From positions 532,010-596,009 of the forward strand of contig CBDBON010000002.1 in NCBI GenBank assembly GCA_965208395.1: a stretch of DNA of 64,000 nucleotides, given 5' to 3'. The position numbers were made by a program, and so were the translations under genes. The notes beneath the pieces were generated by a model. The model was not told the origin of the DNA. It made no database searches and saw nothing but the letters and a program-made list of their open reading frames with translations. This DNA is from Dehalococcoidia bacterium. Lineage in GTDB: Bacteria > Chloroflexota > Dehalococcoidia > Lucifugimonadales > CBDBON01. Below are positions 1 through 10,366 of the stretch, in pieces (the stretch's first letter is position 1; every line of letters begins with the position of its first letter).

Positions 1-597
1 GGAGAGAGCATCATCGTCGAGCTGGATCTGGCGTCCCCCGACTCGATTTCAAGCGCGTTCGCGCTTATTCGTGATCAGGCTGGCGATCCGGACGTCCTGG
101 TCTATAACGCCGGCTACCTGGAAGGTCGCGACCTTCCGCCGGAGAAGGAGCTGCTGGAACACATCCCCTTCGAAATGTTCGAGACAGCGCAGCACATCTC
201 CAGCAGCGGGCCCTTCCTCGTCGCCAAGGAGGTCTTGCCAGCCATGCGGGAGCGAGGCGAAGGCTCCATTCTGATTTCCAATAATTCGTCGTCCCTGCGA
301 GGAAGAAAGCGGTACACAGGACAGTCGCTGTACTATCCGCGCGTGCTGATGCGGACGCTGGCACAGGCGTTGACCGAGGAATACTCCGAATACGGTGTGC
401 ATGTCGCCAATGTCGTGATAGACGGCACCATTGACTCACCGGGCACGCGGGTCATGGCCCGAAGACAGCAGCACCCCGAACTGCTGATAAACCCCGTTGC
501 GATCGCTGATGCCTTCTACTACCTGCACACCCAGGACAAGTCCTGCTGGACCCACGAACTCCAACTGACCCCCTTTGCCAGCAAGCCGAGCTTCTGA
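1..597 (+). CDS. SDR-like (short-chain dehydrogenase/reductase fold) oxidoreductase, N-terminus outside the window
   Basis: Frame 1 is open from nt 1 (GESIIVELDL...VLVYNAGYLEG) and runs into listed ORF 175..597. The NAG motif and C-terminal GVHVANVVIDGTIDSPG block are SDR-like. A canonical YxxxK is not obvious. Confidence 0.6.
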   Translation, partial: GESIIVELDLASPDSISSAFALIRDQAGDPDVLVYNAGYLEGRDLPPEKELLEHIPFEMFETAQHISSSGPFLVAKEVLPAMRERGEGSILISNNSSSLRGRKRYTGQSLYYPRVLMRTLAQALTEEYSEYGVHVANVVIDGTIDSPGTRVMARRQQHPELLINPVAIADAFYYLHTQDKSCWTHELQLTPFASKPSF

Positions 598-719
598 TAC
601 GTGTTGTCCGGGGCCGCCGGATACTTGACGGGCGTGATCGCGTACGGCTCAGTTGAGTTAGGCTCTCACGAGTTTTCGTGCGACGATGGAGCGCATGCGC
701 GGCTTCGGCTCTGGTCGCC

Positions 720-1859
720 TTAGGCCCCTAGAATCTTCGCGACCCTTTTCGACTCGAAGTAGGCCAGGTCCCACTCCGCGCCCCAGCCCGGCCCATCCGG
801 TGGGACTATCCGTCCCTCACGAGGCACGATGGGGTTGGTCATACCGAACTCCCGGCTGACCTGCTCGTACTCTCCGCCGAAGTACTCGTAATATGTGGTG
901 TTGGGCACGCTGACGAGCAGGTGAGCGTGGACCAGGCCTCCCAGACCCCCGATGCTGTTAAGCTCGATGGACGTGCCATGTAGTTCTGCGAGGTGGGCCA
1001 GCTTGAGCACCGGCGTGGTCCCGTGCCGCGCGTTCGCACGGACTATGTCTGTGGCGCCAGCGATCAGCCACTGGGCCGACAAGTCCACGTCGTTCATCAT
1101 GGTCTCCGGCGCCAGGATGGGAATGTCCAGCGTGTCGCAAAGAGACTTCATCTTCGAGAGATATCGTTCGGGTAGCGGCTCTTCCATCCACCGGTAGTTG
1201 AGTTCCTCCAGAGCGTGGCCGACGCGAACCGCCTGCTCAAACGAATAGATCGCAACCGGGTCATGCATGGCGTCGATGTCAGGTCCAACCGCCTCCCGGA
1301 CAGCCTGGAGCCACCGGATGTTTTCGTCCACCGAATGGTAAAAGTGGTCTTTGACTGCGGGAAAGCCGGCGTCTACCGCGCGGACGGCGTCCTCTGCGGC
1401 GAGCTCCTTGGTCGGGCCACCGATATTCATGTAGGCTGGCGCGGAGTCCCTGACACGCCCCATGATGGCGTGGACCGGCAGGCCCGCCGCCTTGCCGACG
1501 ATGTCCCACAGACAGTTGTCGAATGTGCCGGCCCACCCCTGATGGAAGTAGATCCATCGCGTTCCGGTGTGGAGCTTCTGATAGAGCAACTCGCGGTACA
1601 GGGGATCCTCGCCGATGACCAGGCGTCGTAGTTGCTCTAATGCGCCTCCGGACATCGGCGCGGTGTAGCGCGGCACGTCGCAGAGGCCCTCGACGCCCTC
1701 GTCGGTCATGACGTGCATCACCTGGAAGTGCCCGGGACTATGCACCGGGCTCTCGTGGATCCACCTGTCCCTGCCCATTCCGGGCAGCAGACCAAGGTCG
1801 AAAGTCCTGGATCCGCGCTCCGTCTCGAAGACGGATATCTCTACGCCGGTGATCTTCAT
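720..1859 (-). CDS. Enolase-superfamily enzyme (mandelate racemase / muconate lactonizing enzyme family, sugar-acid dehydratase-like)
   Basis: 379-aa ORF (MKITGVEISVFE...). It has an N-terminal capping domain plus a barrel region with acidic ligand blocks (DAMHDP, WMEEPL, APETMMND) in MR/MLE-like spacing. Confidence 0.75.
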   Translation of the reverse strand: MKITGVEISVFETERGSRTFDLGLLPGMGRDRWIHESPVHSPGHFQVMHVMTDEGVEGLCDVPRYTAPMSGGALEQLRRLVIGEDPLYRELLYQKLHTGTRWIYFHQGWAGTFDNCLWDIVGKAAGLPVHAIMGRVRDSAPAYMNIGGPTKELAAEDAVRAVDAGFPAVKDHFYHSVDENIRWLQAVREAVGPDIDAMHDPVAIYSFEQAVRVGHALEELNYRWMEEPLPERYLSKMKSLCDTLDIPILAPETMMNDVDLSAQWLIAGATDIVRANARHGTTPVLKLAHLAELHGTSIELNSIGGLGGLVHAHLLVSVPNTTYYEYFGGEYEQVSREFGMTNPIVPREGRIVPPDGPGWGAEWDLAYFESKRVAKILGA

Positions 1860-2144
1860 CGCACGAGCCTACTGAAGCATTGTCTTCTGCGGATGAAGTC
1901 TATCGTCCGACCGCTGCCCCTTGCTGAGCCCCCACACTGCTCCCTTAGCTGGCACGCTCCACCGATCGCAGTGCCGAACCAGAAGGCTCTCAAGCAGGCC
2001 ACCTCTATTCACGGCTAATTATACACAGTGAGGAGTTGCGTGCCTTCCCACGCTGTCGAGGTCGTGGAGGGAGGCCCTGAGTGTAGCTCCCTACCTTCGG
2101 CTCCGCCAGTGGACTCCACATGCCATAGGGGCCGATGACGGGGC

Positions 2145-3845
2145 CTAGAACCGATACAGCGCATCCCCAGTCGAGGTCTTGGCCGGACCTCCACTGAACC
2201 CGGCGGGTGTGCCGTCAGCTCGCCAGCAGGCCGCGCCGTGAATCACTCCTCGCCGGTGATCGAACATCACGCCGTTCATCCCTCCGGCCACCTTCGGAAC
2301 ATCCTGGACATCGTGCCCCATAGTCTGCAGGCGCTTCCGCACGCCCGGCCGGATGCCGCCCTCGACCTCCAGCGACTGTCCTTGTGTCCAAACTCGCGGC
2401 GCTTCCACTGCCTCTTGGAGACTCATGCCGTGGTCGATGACGTTCACGATCGCCTGCAGCACCGACGGGAAGATTCGTGTAGCGCCCGGTGTGCCAAGCG
2501 CCATCAACGGTTTGCCGTCCTTCATTACTACAGTCGGCGCCATGCTGCTCACCATTCTCTTGCCGGGCGCGATCGAGTTCGCGTTGCCCGGGTGTGGATC
2601 GAAAATGTTCATGGTGTTGTTCAGAAGCATACCTGTGCCCGGAGTCGTCACCTTGGAACCGAATGCCGAGTGTATGGTCTGCGTCGTAGACACGACATTA
2701 CCGTCGCCGTCTGCGACAGTCAGGTGTGTAGTGTCCGCGCTCTCACCCACGTACGCTGAGGGATCGCCGTAGCTGTAGATGCGCGCCGAGCCAGTGTCGA
2801 TCTCGCGGCGCCGCGAAGCCGCATACGTCTTGGCCGTAAGCGCTTCCACGGGCACCTCGACGAAGCCGGGATCCCCCAGGTACTCAAATCTGTCCGCGAA
2901 TGCGATCTTCATGGACTCCGCCAGCAGATGTATGCCCTCCGCCGTGCCGAATCCCGCTCCAGCGACATCAAACCCTTCGAGAATGTTCAGCATTTCCACG
3001 ATTGCCGTCCCGCCTGAGCTGGTCGGCGCCACGGAGACAATCTCGTGTCCCCGATAAGTGCCTCGTACAGGCTCCCGCAGGTGTATACGGTAGTCGCGAA
3101 GGTCATCGGAAGTGATGATCCCGCCGTTCGCGGCCATGTCATCGACCACCATCTCGCCGATACGGCCCGTGTAGAGCACGGACGGTCCGCTCTTCGCTAT
3201 AGATTCCAGTGTCTTCCCGTAGTCCTCCCTGAAGATCAAGTCGCCCACGGACAGCGGCGACCCGCCGGGAAGGAACACATCAGCACTCGCCGGGAACATC
3301 GCCAGATCTTCCTGGCTCTGTCGGATAATGTCCACGAGGTACTGACCGGCCCGAAATCCACGCCTTGCGTATCGAATCGCCGGTTGGACCGCCGTTTCCA
3401 GCCCAAGCCTCCCATACCGCTCCTCCGCATAGCACCAGCCTTTCAGCGATCCGGGCACCCCAACTGCCCTGTAGCCCACTAGGTTGGCGCGGTCTGCGGT
3501 CTCCATGTAGTCCGGCCAGGCCTCAGAGATCGTCTCGTACATGTCCGGGGTCGCCGCTCGAGGCGCGACCGAGTAGTTGTCGATATTCACGAACTCGTTG
3601 CCCGATGCGTTGTAGAAGTTGATGAACCCGGCTCCGAAGATGCCGATCATCATCGGCTCCACGACACTCAGCGCGAACGCGGACGCCACAGCCGCGTCCA
3701 TCGCGTTCCCGCCCATCGCGAGCATCTCCAGGCCCGCGGCAGACCCCAACGGATGATTGGTGGAAACCATGCCGTTCGTCGCCACCGCGTCGTGCTTGAA
3801 GGTCTCAAACGGGTATGAAGCGTTCTTCTTCCAAGTCGTGGACAT
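2145..3845 (-). CDS. ggt: Gamma-glutamyltransferase
   Basis: 566 aa. Nucleophile Thr block SADTTHLTVADGDGNVVSTTQTI, plus GSKVTTPGTGMLLNN and MAPTVV blocks typical of GGT. Confidence 0.9.
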   Translation of the reverse strand: MSTTWKKNASYPFETFKHDAVATNGMVSTNHPLGSAAGLEMLAMGGNAMDAAVASAFALSVVEPMMIGIFGAGFINFYNASGNEFVNIDNYSVAPRAATPDMYETISEAWPDYMETADRANLVGYRAVGVPGSLKGWCYAEERYGRLGLETAVQPAIRYARRGFRAGQYLVDIIRQSQEDLAMFPASADVFLPGGSPLSVGDLIFREDYGKTLESIAKSGPSVLYTGRIGEMVVDDMAANGGIITSDDLRDYRIHLREPVRGTYRGHEIVSVAPTSSGGTAIVEMLNILEGFDVAGAGFGTAEGIHLLAESMKIAFADRFEYLGDPGFVEVPVEALTAKTYAASRRREIDTGSARIYSYGDPSAYVGESADTTHLTVADGDGNVVSTTQTIHSAFGSKVTTPGTGMLLNNTMNIFDPHPGNANSIAPGKRMVSSMAPTVVMKDGKPLMALGTPGATRIFPSVLQAIVNVIDHGMSLQEAVEAPRVWTQGQSLEVEGGIRPGVRKRLQTMGHDVQDVPKVAGGMNGVMFDHRRGVIHGAACWRADGTPAGFSGGPAKTSTGDALYRF

Positions 3846-4035
3846 GGATCATCTCACCTCAGGATCTCCCGATACTACTACACCCTGATCCATTCCCCAC
3901 AAGAAAAACATCCCCTCCTCTGGTTGACGTTCCTGTAGTATTCTACGCCTCGGCTGCGCACTTATTGGCATAGCGATCCCTCGCTTTGGGGCATTGGGTT
4001 GAAAGGACAGCCGCTGACCACCACTCGCTTCTCAA

Positions 4036-4949
4036 TTGCAGGGACGGCTCGTAGCGATACGAAAGGCGCGTTCGGACGGAAGGGGGACGAAGTTGCTTAC
4101 GGAGATGGTCGAAGTCACGACACCTGAAGGCATTACGCTGACAGGCGCCTATTTCGCCCCGGCCAAGGTGGGACGATCCTACTCGGTGGACGCCGTGCTC
4201 TTCTTTCACGGCGATAGCGGCAACTTCTACAGCGGCCTGTATCTTGAGCTGGGCCGACGGATTGCGGAGAAGGGCATTGCCTTTCTGACAGGCAATCGCC
4301 GGGGACACGATCATGTCGCCAACGGAGTCAGAGGAGGGCCGCTCGCTGGCTACGCCTTCGAGTCCGTCGACGACTCGCGAGCCGACTTCGGCGCCTGGCT
4401 GAAGCTGCTGCGGGAGAGAGGACATCACCGGATAGCCATAGGCGGACACAGCGGCGGGGCTGTCCGGGCCACCTACGCGCAGGCAAAAGAGAAGTTTGAC
4501 AACGTGGTGGCAGTCATCCCGGTGTCGCCAGGCGAGTACAACCACGAGGGGTCATCGCGCTGCACGGAGAGGAATTCTCGGGGCCGTTCAGAGAGTCTGA
4601 GCGCAACGTCGCGGAGGGCCGCCCGGACGTGTTGCTTCGTCCGGGAGTCCCATGGGGGTCAATGTGGAGTGCACGCACCTTTGTAGATTGCTTCAACCGG
4701 GACAATCGCTACAGTGTGACCATGCACGCGCGGAACACGGGCTGCCCCACGCTCTTCATATTCGGCTCGGAGGAGTGCGCCGTCGGCGGGCCGCAGGAGC
4801 TTCCAGTGTGCGGCGCAGCCCGGCGCGGCCTGGAGGCCGTAGGTTATCCGCACGTCCAGATCAGCGAGATTGACGGAGCCAACCATGGCTACATGGGATG
4901 CGAGGGAGCGCTGTTCGAGACGATGTTCTCCTGGCTCAGGGGGCTTTAG
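4036..4949 (+). pseudogene. Alpha/beta-hydrolase, reading frame broken near a G4 run (~4548-4551)
   Basis: ORF 4036..4686 carries the nucleophile elbow GGHSGG and makes sense up to ..PVSPGEYNHE. The sensible continuation (GVIALHGEEFSGPF...TLFIFGSEE...GANHGY) is in the frame of ORF 4629..4949. One indel at GAGGGGT joins them. Confidence 0.6.
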
Positions 4950-5019
4950 AGAGCTAACTGCGGCGCAAGGCTAAGGGCATGTCATCTCCGCGACCTTCTG
5001 GGCAGCGCCATATTGTGGT

Positions 5020-5349
5020 CTAGTGCTTATCCTTGCCGCCGTACACGTCAATGACCATTTCCCAATAGGCGTTCAGTCGATCCCCCTTCTGTCGACGTTG
5101 CTCTTCCAGTTGTCTTAGCTTCTCTTCCGCCACGCGCTTCTCCTTGACGAACGCCTGGTCGGCCCAACTGATAACGTCGGTCAAGGCAGATGACTGAGAA
5201 CGTCCCCATGTCCACTGATCTCTAGAATCGTCAAACTGTATCGACGCAAAGGTCTCTCCCTGAGGCCTATCCAATTGAACAGTGAATCCCCCGTCAGGCT
5301 GATCAATTTTCCTAATTATCAACCCGTTCTCAGTTGTCATGTCTGCCAT
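5020..5349 (-). CDS. Hypothetical small protein (charged helical C-terminus)
   Basis: 109-aa ORF in an intergenic-sized gap, with no competing ORF. No recognisable motif. Confidence 0.35.
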   Translation of the reverse strand: MADMTTENGLIIRKIDQPDGGFTVQLDRPQGETFASIQFDDSRDQWTWGRSQSSALTDVISWADQAFVKEKRVAEEKLRQLEEQRRQKGDRLNAYWEMVIDVYGGKDKH

Positions 5350-5506
5350 CGGTCAACCTCCACCCCTGCGTGAGCTATCCTTGCGCGCAATCATGTCACA
5401 TCGTATAGGATCGCACCAACACCGCGCACCGCAGAACGGGTAGAGAGGTATGTTCCGTCGTGTTGGATGGAACACGATTCAACACCTGCAGGAGGGTCAA
5501 CGAAGG

Positions 5507-6319
5507 ATGAAGGTAGAGGTCATCGACTTCGAGAGAGATGTGATCGAGCGCAGTCGGACGATTCCCGTACTGGTCGATTTCTGGGCCGAGTGGTGCGGCC
5601 CATGCAAGATCCTGGGACCCGTCCTGGAGAAGCTGGCCGGCGAGCACTCACACGAGTGGGCACTCGTGAAGCTGGACACAGAGGCCTTCCCCCATATCTC
5701 CGCCCGGTACGGAATCCGCAGCATCCCCAACGTGAAGCTGTTCGTCGACGGAGAAGTCGTTGACGAGTTCATCGGCGCCCTACCCGAGCGGAGGATCGTA
5801 GAGTGGCTTCGCAAGGCGATACCGAGCCGCTACCGTTCGCAGCTGGCGGACGCCAGACGCATGCTGGCCGTCCACGACACCGGCCCCGCGCTGGAAACAC
5901 TGCGGCCGATCACACAGGCAGAGCCGGACAACGATGAAGCTCTGGCCCTGACCGCCAGAGCCCTCCTGCACACAGACTCCGATCAGGCGGCGATGATCGC
6001 CGGTCGTGTGGGGCTCGGGTCTTCGCATCACGACGAGGCCGAAGCCGTGAGGACGCTGGCCTCTATGTTTGCTAGAGTCGACGATCCGGGGCCGCTGCCG
6101 GACAGCCCCGTGAAAGAGGACTACCTGCAGGCACTTCGCAGCGCTCGGACCGGCAACTTCGAGGCGGCCCTGGATGGACTCATCGACGTGGTCCGAAAGG
6201 ATCGTCGTTACGACGACGACGGCGCCAGGAGGAGCTGTGTCGCCATCTTCTATCTGCTCGGGAATGACCACGAACTCACGAGGAGATCCCGCGCCGCTCT
6301 CAGCAGCGCCCTGTACTGA
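5507..6319 (+). CDS. Thioredoxin-domain protein with TPR-like C-terminal half (YbbN/CnoX-type architecture)
   Basis: WAEWCGPCK active site near the N-terminus, then a helical-repeat C-terminal half. ATG at 5507 is preceded by GAAGGA; the listed ORF start at 5450 is probably an upstream extension. Confidence 0.8.
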   Translation: MKVEVIDFERDVIERSRTIPVLVDFWAEWCGPCKILGPVLEKLAGEHSHEWALVKLDTEAFPHISARYGIRSIPNVKLFVDGEVVDEFIGALPERRIVEWLRKAIPSRYRSQLADARRMLAVHDTGPALETLRPITQAEPDNDEALALTARALLHTDSDQAAMIAGRVGLGSSHHDEAEAVRTLASMFARVDDPGPLPDSPVKEDYLQALRSARTGNFEAALDGLIDVVRKDRRYDDDGARRSCVAIFYLLGNDHELTRRSRAALSSALY

Positions 6320-6513
6320 GCTCCTGCCAGCCCGATTTCCCGTCCCAATGAGATTCGATTCACAACTCCCGACCATGTTCTTCAGGACGAATGATGAGAA
6401 GCCCCTCGCCGAGGAGCCCAAGGCCCGAGGAGCCATGACATCTAAGGCGCTTACAGTCGCTGCGGCGCCCTCTTAGGACGCCTCCAGGTACGGCTATCGG
6501 CTGCTGGAAGTCA

Positions 6514-7794
6514 TCAGCAAGACATCCCGCTAGGTCCGCAGGCCCTAACGCCTAGAACAGCTATGCAGCGGGCCTTACTGATACACAATGCAACAATCGA
6601 GGAGGATGTGGGAAATCCCCATAGTGGTGGACTCCGGTGCACTGAAACAAGTACCGAGTCGTTCAGGGCCATTTTCTCGATTGCCTTCCTTGGAATCAAG
6701 CTATCGCTTGGCATAGGCACTGTGTATCTGAGGAGGGCGTCGCCGGGTATGACGACGATCTCCTTGACGAACGACTGGATGAAGGCCTTGCGTTCGGTCA
6801 GTTCGCCGTGCTTCAGGAAATCTCTCATCTCCTTGGCGTAGGCCTCCACGGTGTCCACGTCGTCCAGGACCGACCTGCGCTGAGTCAAGATCGCCCTGGC
6901 TGCCGATGCCTCGTCCTCAAGGAGCTCCTGCCGGTCCCTGAGTTCCCTGATGTGGTTTCCGGCGTCGGCCATGTCGATATTGTCGGTCTCCCCGATGAAG
7001 TGCCAGATGCGGCTAAGGTGCCGCTTCACATCCTCATGTTCCGTGTCTATCTCCTCCAGCCTCTTGTGCTGCCCGGCGGCCACCTTATCCATCTTCTCGT
7101 CCACGGTCTTCACCAGATCTCGGATGTTTCCTTCGGTGAGAACGTTGGAGCGAATCTTATCGACGACCAATTTCTCGAATCGTCGGGCGTTGAGCCTCGG
7201 GGTGTCGCATGACCCGCTGCCCTGCTTCATGAGGGTCTGGCAGACGTAGTATGGGAACTTGCCGCTCTTGGCGTACTGGCCGGTCAGTGCGCGCCTGCAG
7301 GGCTTACACTTGACCAGCCCGCTCAAGAGGAAGGGACTGGCAACCCTGCGGGGGTTGACCACCTTGGGCGCACGTGAGCGCATCAGCTTGGCCACACGGT
7401 TGAACTGGGCTTTGGAGACAATTGCCGGGAACGCATCGTCCACCTGCACGGGGTCGGCCCCGTCCTTGGCGTTCATGCCCCAGATCAAGGTGCCGGTGTA
7501 GGTCTCGTTGATGAGGATTGCGTGGAGGGTCGTCTTTCCCCAGGGATTTCCCCTAGGGCTGGCAATGCCCTCGTCGTTGAGCGTCCGAGCGATGTCGAGC
7601 GTCGACTTTCCGGCCTCCGACATGTCGAAGATGCGCCTGACGACCTGGGACGAATCGGGGTCGGGCTCCAATCTGGGTCTCTTCTTGGGTCCATCCTGTA
7701 CCATGATCCTACTGTAGCCGAACGGCGCCCCGCTGGACATCCAGAAGCCCCTCGATGCAGCTTCCCTCATTCCCCTGGTGACCTCCTGAGCCAG
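6514..7794 (-). pseudogene. Large serine recombinase, C-terminal fragment (recombinase domain, zinc ribbon, coiled coil); catalytic domain missing
   Basis: The open frame reads ..LAQEVTRGMREAASRGFWMSSGAPFGY..., then a C..C / YYVC zinc-ribbon region and a coiled coil. No S-R catalytic domain is present. It continues the fragment at 32459..32899. Confidence 0.8.
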
Positions 7795-8210
7795 GATATC
7801 GGTTATCCAATAACGACAAAAAAATCAGGTACACATGGGCGGCCGAACTTGAAGCCAACTGACCTCGGCAGCAGGGCGTGGTGCTACACGCAATTCCAGA
7901 GTCCGTAGCGGAGTCGCCCGAGGCCGAGACCGCAACGCTCACGTCCAGCGCCGCATCTGGCGCCGGGTTGGCCGTACAGCGTGAAGATGGCGTCCCCGCC
8001 CTCGGTGGCTCCGCTGGCCGCCGTGATGTCTATCGTGGGCGGCGGTGACGGGGTGGCGTCTTCACCCTGCTCGCTGGCGCGGCAGGTCTCCAGCGCGTCC
8101 AACTCCACCACCGCTTACGGTAGATACCGCCATATTCGAGATGTCGCTTGGCAGCCTGTCGGCGCACCAAGGACTTGCGATTCCTGTAGTGTGACACCCA
8201 ATTGCCATCG

Positions 8211-8780
8211 CTACTTGTAGTACACGGCGATGTAGGCATGGAAGAGACCCAGGACAACCGTGACGGCGGCCAGTGAGACGTGGGCAACTCCCCACGAGAC
8301 GGTGTAGTAGCGGTTGTTGATCCTGATGCCCAGGGGACTCGCCGCACCAACAAGCATGTTGCCCAGAAACACCCAGCTGAGCGCCGCCAGGTAGCCGTAG
8401 CCCACCTCCACGCTGTGCACGTAGAACAGCAGTGGCACCAGTGCGCCGGTCCGCTGATGCCACGGCAGCAGCCTCCGCAGATTCCGCCGCTTGAGACGGG
8501 AGTAGAAGAGCCACCACTGCCATCCCACATACGAAAGCAGTCCGGCGCCGGTGACATACTTGTACTCGTCCAGGTCTTGGGCCTGGGCGAGCCACTCCCA
8601 CCGCAGCCCAGCGACATCCTGGCCCACGTAGAGGAGCACGCTGAGGACACCCACCATCCGCCACCGCCACGCCGCTACCGGCAACGCGAAGGGGCGGCCA
8701 GCACGAACGGGCCTTCCCCGGCTCCCGTTGCTGTCGGCAGCTTCCACTGGAGATTCACCTACGGATTGGCCCGTTGTCAT
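8211..8780 (-). CDS. Polytopic membrane protein with conserved His in the helices (possible haem-b binding, cytochrome b-like)
   Basis: About 4 hydrophobic helices with His in PWHQRTG, YVHSVE, VAHVSL and LFHAYI. ATG 8780 overlaps the upstream stop as ATGA. The ORF track's start at 8900 overlaps the neighbouring gene. Confidence 0.5.
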   Translation of the reverse strand: MTTGQSVGESPVEAADSNGSRGRPVRAGRPFALPVAAWRWRMVGVLSVLLYVGQDVAGLRWEWLAQAQDLDEYKYVTGAGLLSYVGWQWWLFYSRLKRRNLRRLLPWHQRTGALVPLLFYVHSVEVGYGYLAALSWVFLGNMLVGAASPLGIRINNRYYTVSWGVAHVSLAAVTVVLGLFHAYIAVYYK

Positions 8781-9598
8781 CGCGCCTCCCCCATGTCTTG
8801 CGCCTCCAGCAGCAAGCGAAGGGTCTGGGCCGATGTCCTCTCCTCCACCTCCGCCATGAAGACATCGGCCGATGGCAGGAAATAGCCGTCTGCGGGCCAC
8901 AGGTCTCCCACGGGGGGAGGGTCGGCAAAGATGGCAACCTTATCCAGGTAATGCACATAGGCTTCACGGACGCTCCGGCGCAGAGCTCCTATCAGTTCCA
9001 TGGCCTCGGCCATGCTTATCTCGTCCTCCGGGTATGACCAGGTGGTCGCACCCATGACGTCGCCCACCTGCCAGTCGGTCTTGGGCGAGTTCGGGTCGCT
9101 GTTGTGGCAGACCACGCACGCCTCCGCCGAGGCGATGTCCGAGAACATGGCGGTCTGAAAGCCGATATCCGGGTCCAAGAAGAACTGCGGCTCGCCGGTG
9201 CGCCTGATGACTTGAAAGTGCTCTGTCTGCAAGCCGGTGAACTTGTTGGCGTCATTGATCGGGAAGTCCGAGCCGAGGAATAGATACAGGGGAACCGGAC
9301 TACGCCGGAGACCCTCGGCAGTCTCCCGCAGGAAGAGCGCCGGAAGCGGCCCGGCGTCCAGCCTCTCGTCATGCCAGTCCTCGTCAAATCGAATCCCCTG
9401 CGCTTGGCCCGCTCCCACAATGTCCCTGGCCCACACCTGGCGCACCGCGTCGTTCTCGGCTTCCAGCACTGCGAAAACAGCTTCAATGGGCACGGGCGGG
9501 CCGCCATCGGTGAGTGCGTCGTCCGGCGGCGGCGCATTCGCGACGATGAGCGCCACGAGCACGATGGCTACCGCCACGACCACGGCGACGAACTTCAT
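8777..9598 (-). CDS. Secreted or anchored c-type haem protein (DUF3365 / Tll0287-like)
   Basis: Signal anchor MKFVAVVVAVAIVLVALIV and a single CxxCH (ACVVCHNSDPNSPKTDW) in a DUF3365-like context. Its start overlaps the upstream stop (ATGA). Confidence 0.6.
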   Translation of the reverse strand: MKFVAVVVAVAIVLVALIVANAPPPDDALTDGGPPVPIEAVFAVLEAENDAVRQVWARDIVGAGQAQGIRFDEDWHDERLDAGPLPALFLRETAEGLRRSPVPLYLFLGSDFPINDANKFTGLQTEHFQVIRRTGEPQFFLDPDIGFQTAMFSDIASAEACVVCHNSDPNSPKTDWQVGDVMGATTWSYPEDEISMAEAMELIGALRRSVREAYVHYLDKVAIFADPPPVGDLWPADGYFLPSADVFMAEVEERTSAQTLRLLLEAQDMGEAR

Positions 9599-10221
9599 GG
9601 GTCGCCGCCTTCCCCGGTCGAGGACGGCTCGACGCGCTTCTCGTCGCCGTAGGGCGATGGCCCTCCCAGGAAGTATTCCAGGATGAGCGCCTCCGGCACC
9701 CCTTCTTCAAGGCACAGCGGCGTGTCCCGGACGTGGTTGCCGTGGAAGTCGTGGCACTGGAGGCAGGTGTTCCACGACCCCCTGCGCACCAGCTCTACAT
9801 GTGTGGGGGTGATGGGGTCGTCTTCCAACGAGGTGTCCTGGTGGCAGTGGGTGCAGAAACCGATGGTGGGCTGCGTCACCCGCACTCCCTGGTGCTCGGT
9901 GTGGCAGGTGACGCACGTGTGGGCCGCAATGTGCTCCCGCGCATCGGAAAAGCGCGGTTCCACAAAGCGGGATACGGGGTGTCGGTCATCCGGCCTCTCG
10001 TGGCAGTCCAGACAGGCCGCGTTACCGACATCCTCGGAGCCAAAGCCTATGGTGGACTCCCGCAGACCCAGCCAGTGGTAGACGTTGGAGCTCAGTTGTT
10101 GCGCGGCGGTGCCCGCCACGGCTGAGTGGCATTCCTGGCAGCCCAATCCCTCATGGCCCGTGTTCATGGGACCCTTGGCAACCAGCGCGTTGCGGTCCGG
10201 AAAAGTGAGAAACGCCACCAA
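9595..10221 (-). CDS. Pentahaem c-type cytochrome
   Basis: Five CxxCH motifs (CQECH, CLDCH, CVTCH, CTHCH, CLQCH) in 208 aa. A hydrophobic anchor (RYIGVAAGVALGLLL) is encoded in frame upstream of the listed TTG start, so the true start is uncertain. Confidence 0.8.
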   Translation of the reverse strand: MVAFLTFPDRNALVAKGPMNTGHEGLGCQECHSAVAGTAAQQLSSNVYHWLGLRESTIGFGSEDVGNAACLDCHERPDDRHPVSRFVEPRFSDAREHIAAHTCVTCHTEHQGVRVTQPTIGFCTHCHQDTSLEDDPITPTHVELVRRGSWNTCLQCHDFHGNHVRDTPLCLEEGVPEALILEYFLGGPSPYGDEKRVEPSSTGEGGDP

Positions 10222-10366
10222 GAGCAGGCCCAGCGCAACGCCGGCTGCAACTCCGATATATCGCCAATGTATTAGCAGCGCTCTGATAACAACTCCGCTC
10301 CTGGGCGTCCTTGTGACCCTTCATCCATTCAACGCGTGCGATCATCTTGTGGTATGAAGCGCGGAA

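Noticed and set aside
8030-8885. Several overlapping 200-aa ORFs on both strands
   Set aside because: They are mutually exclusive. Only the frame giving a 4-helix membrane protein coupled by ATGA to the upstream gene is supported.
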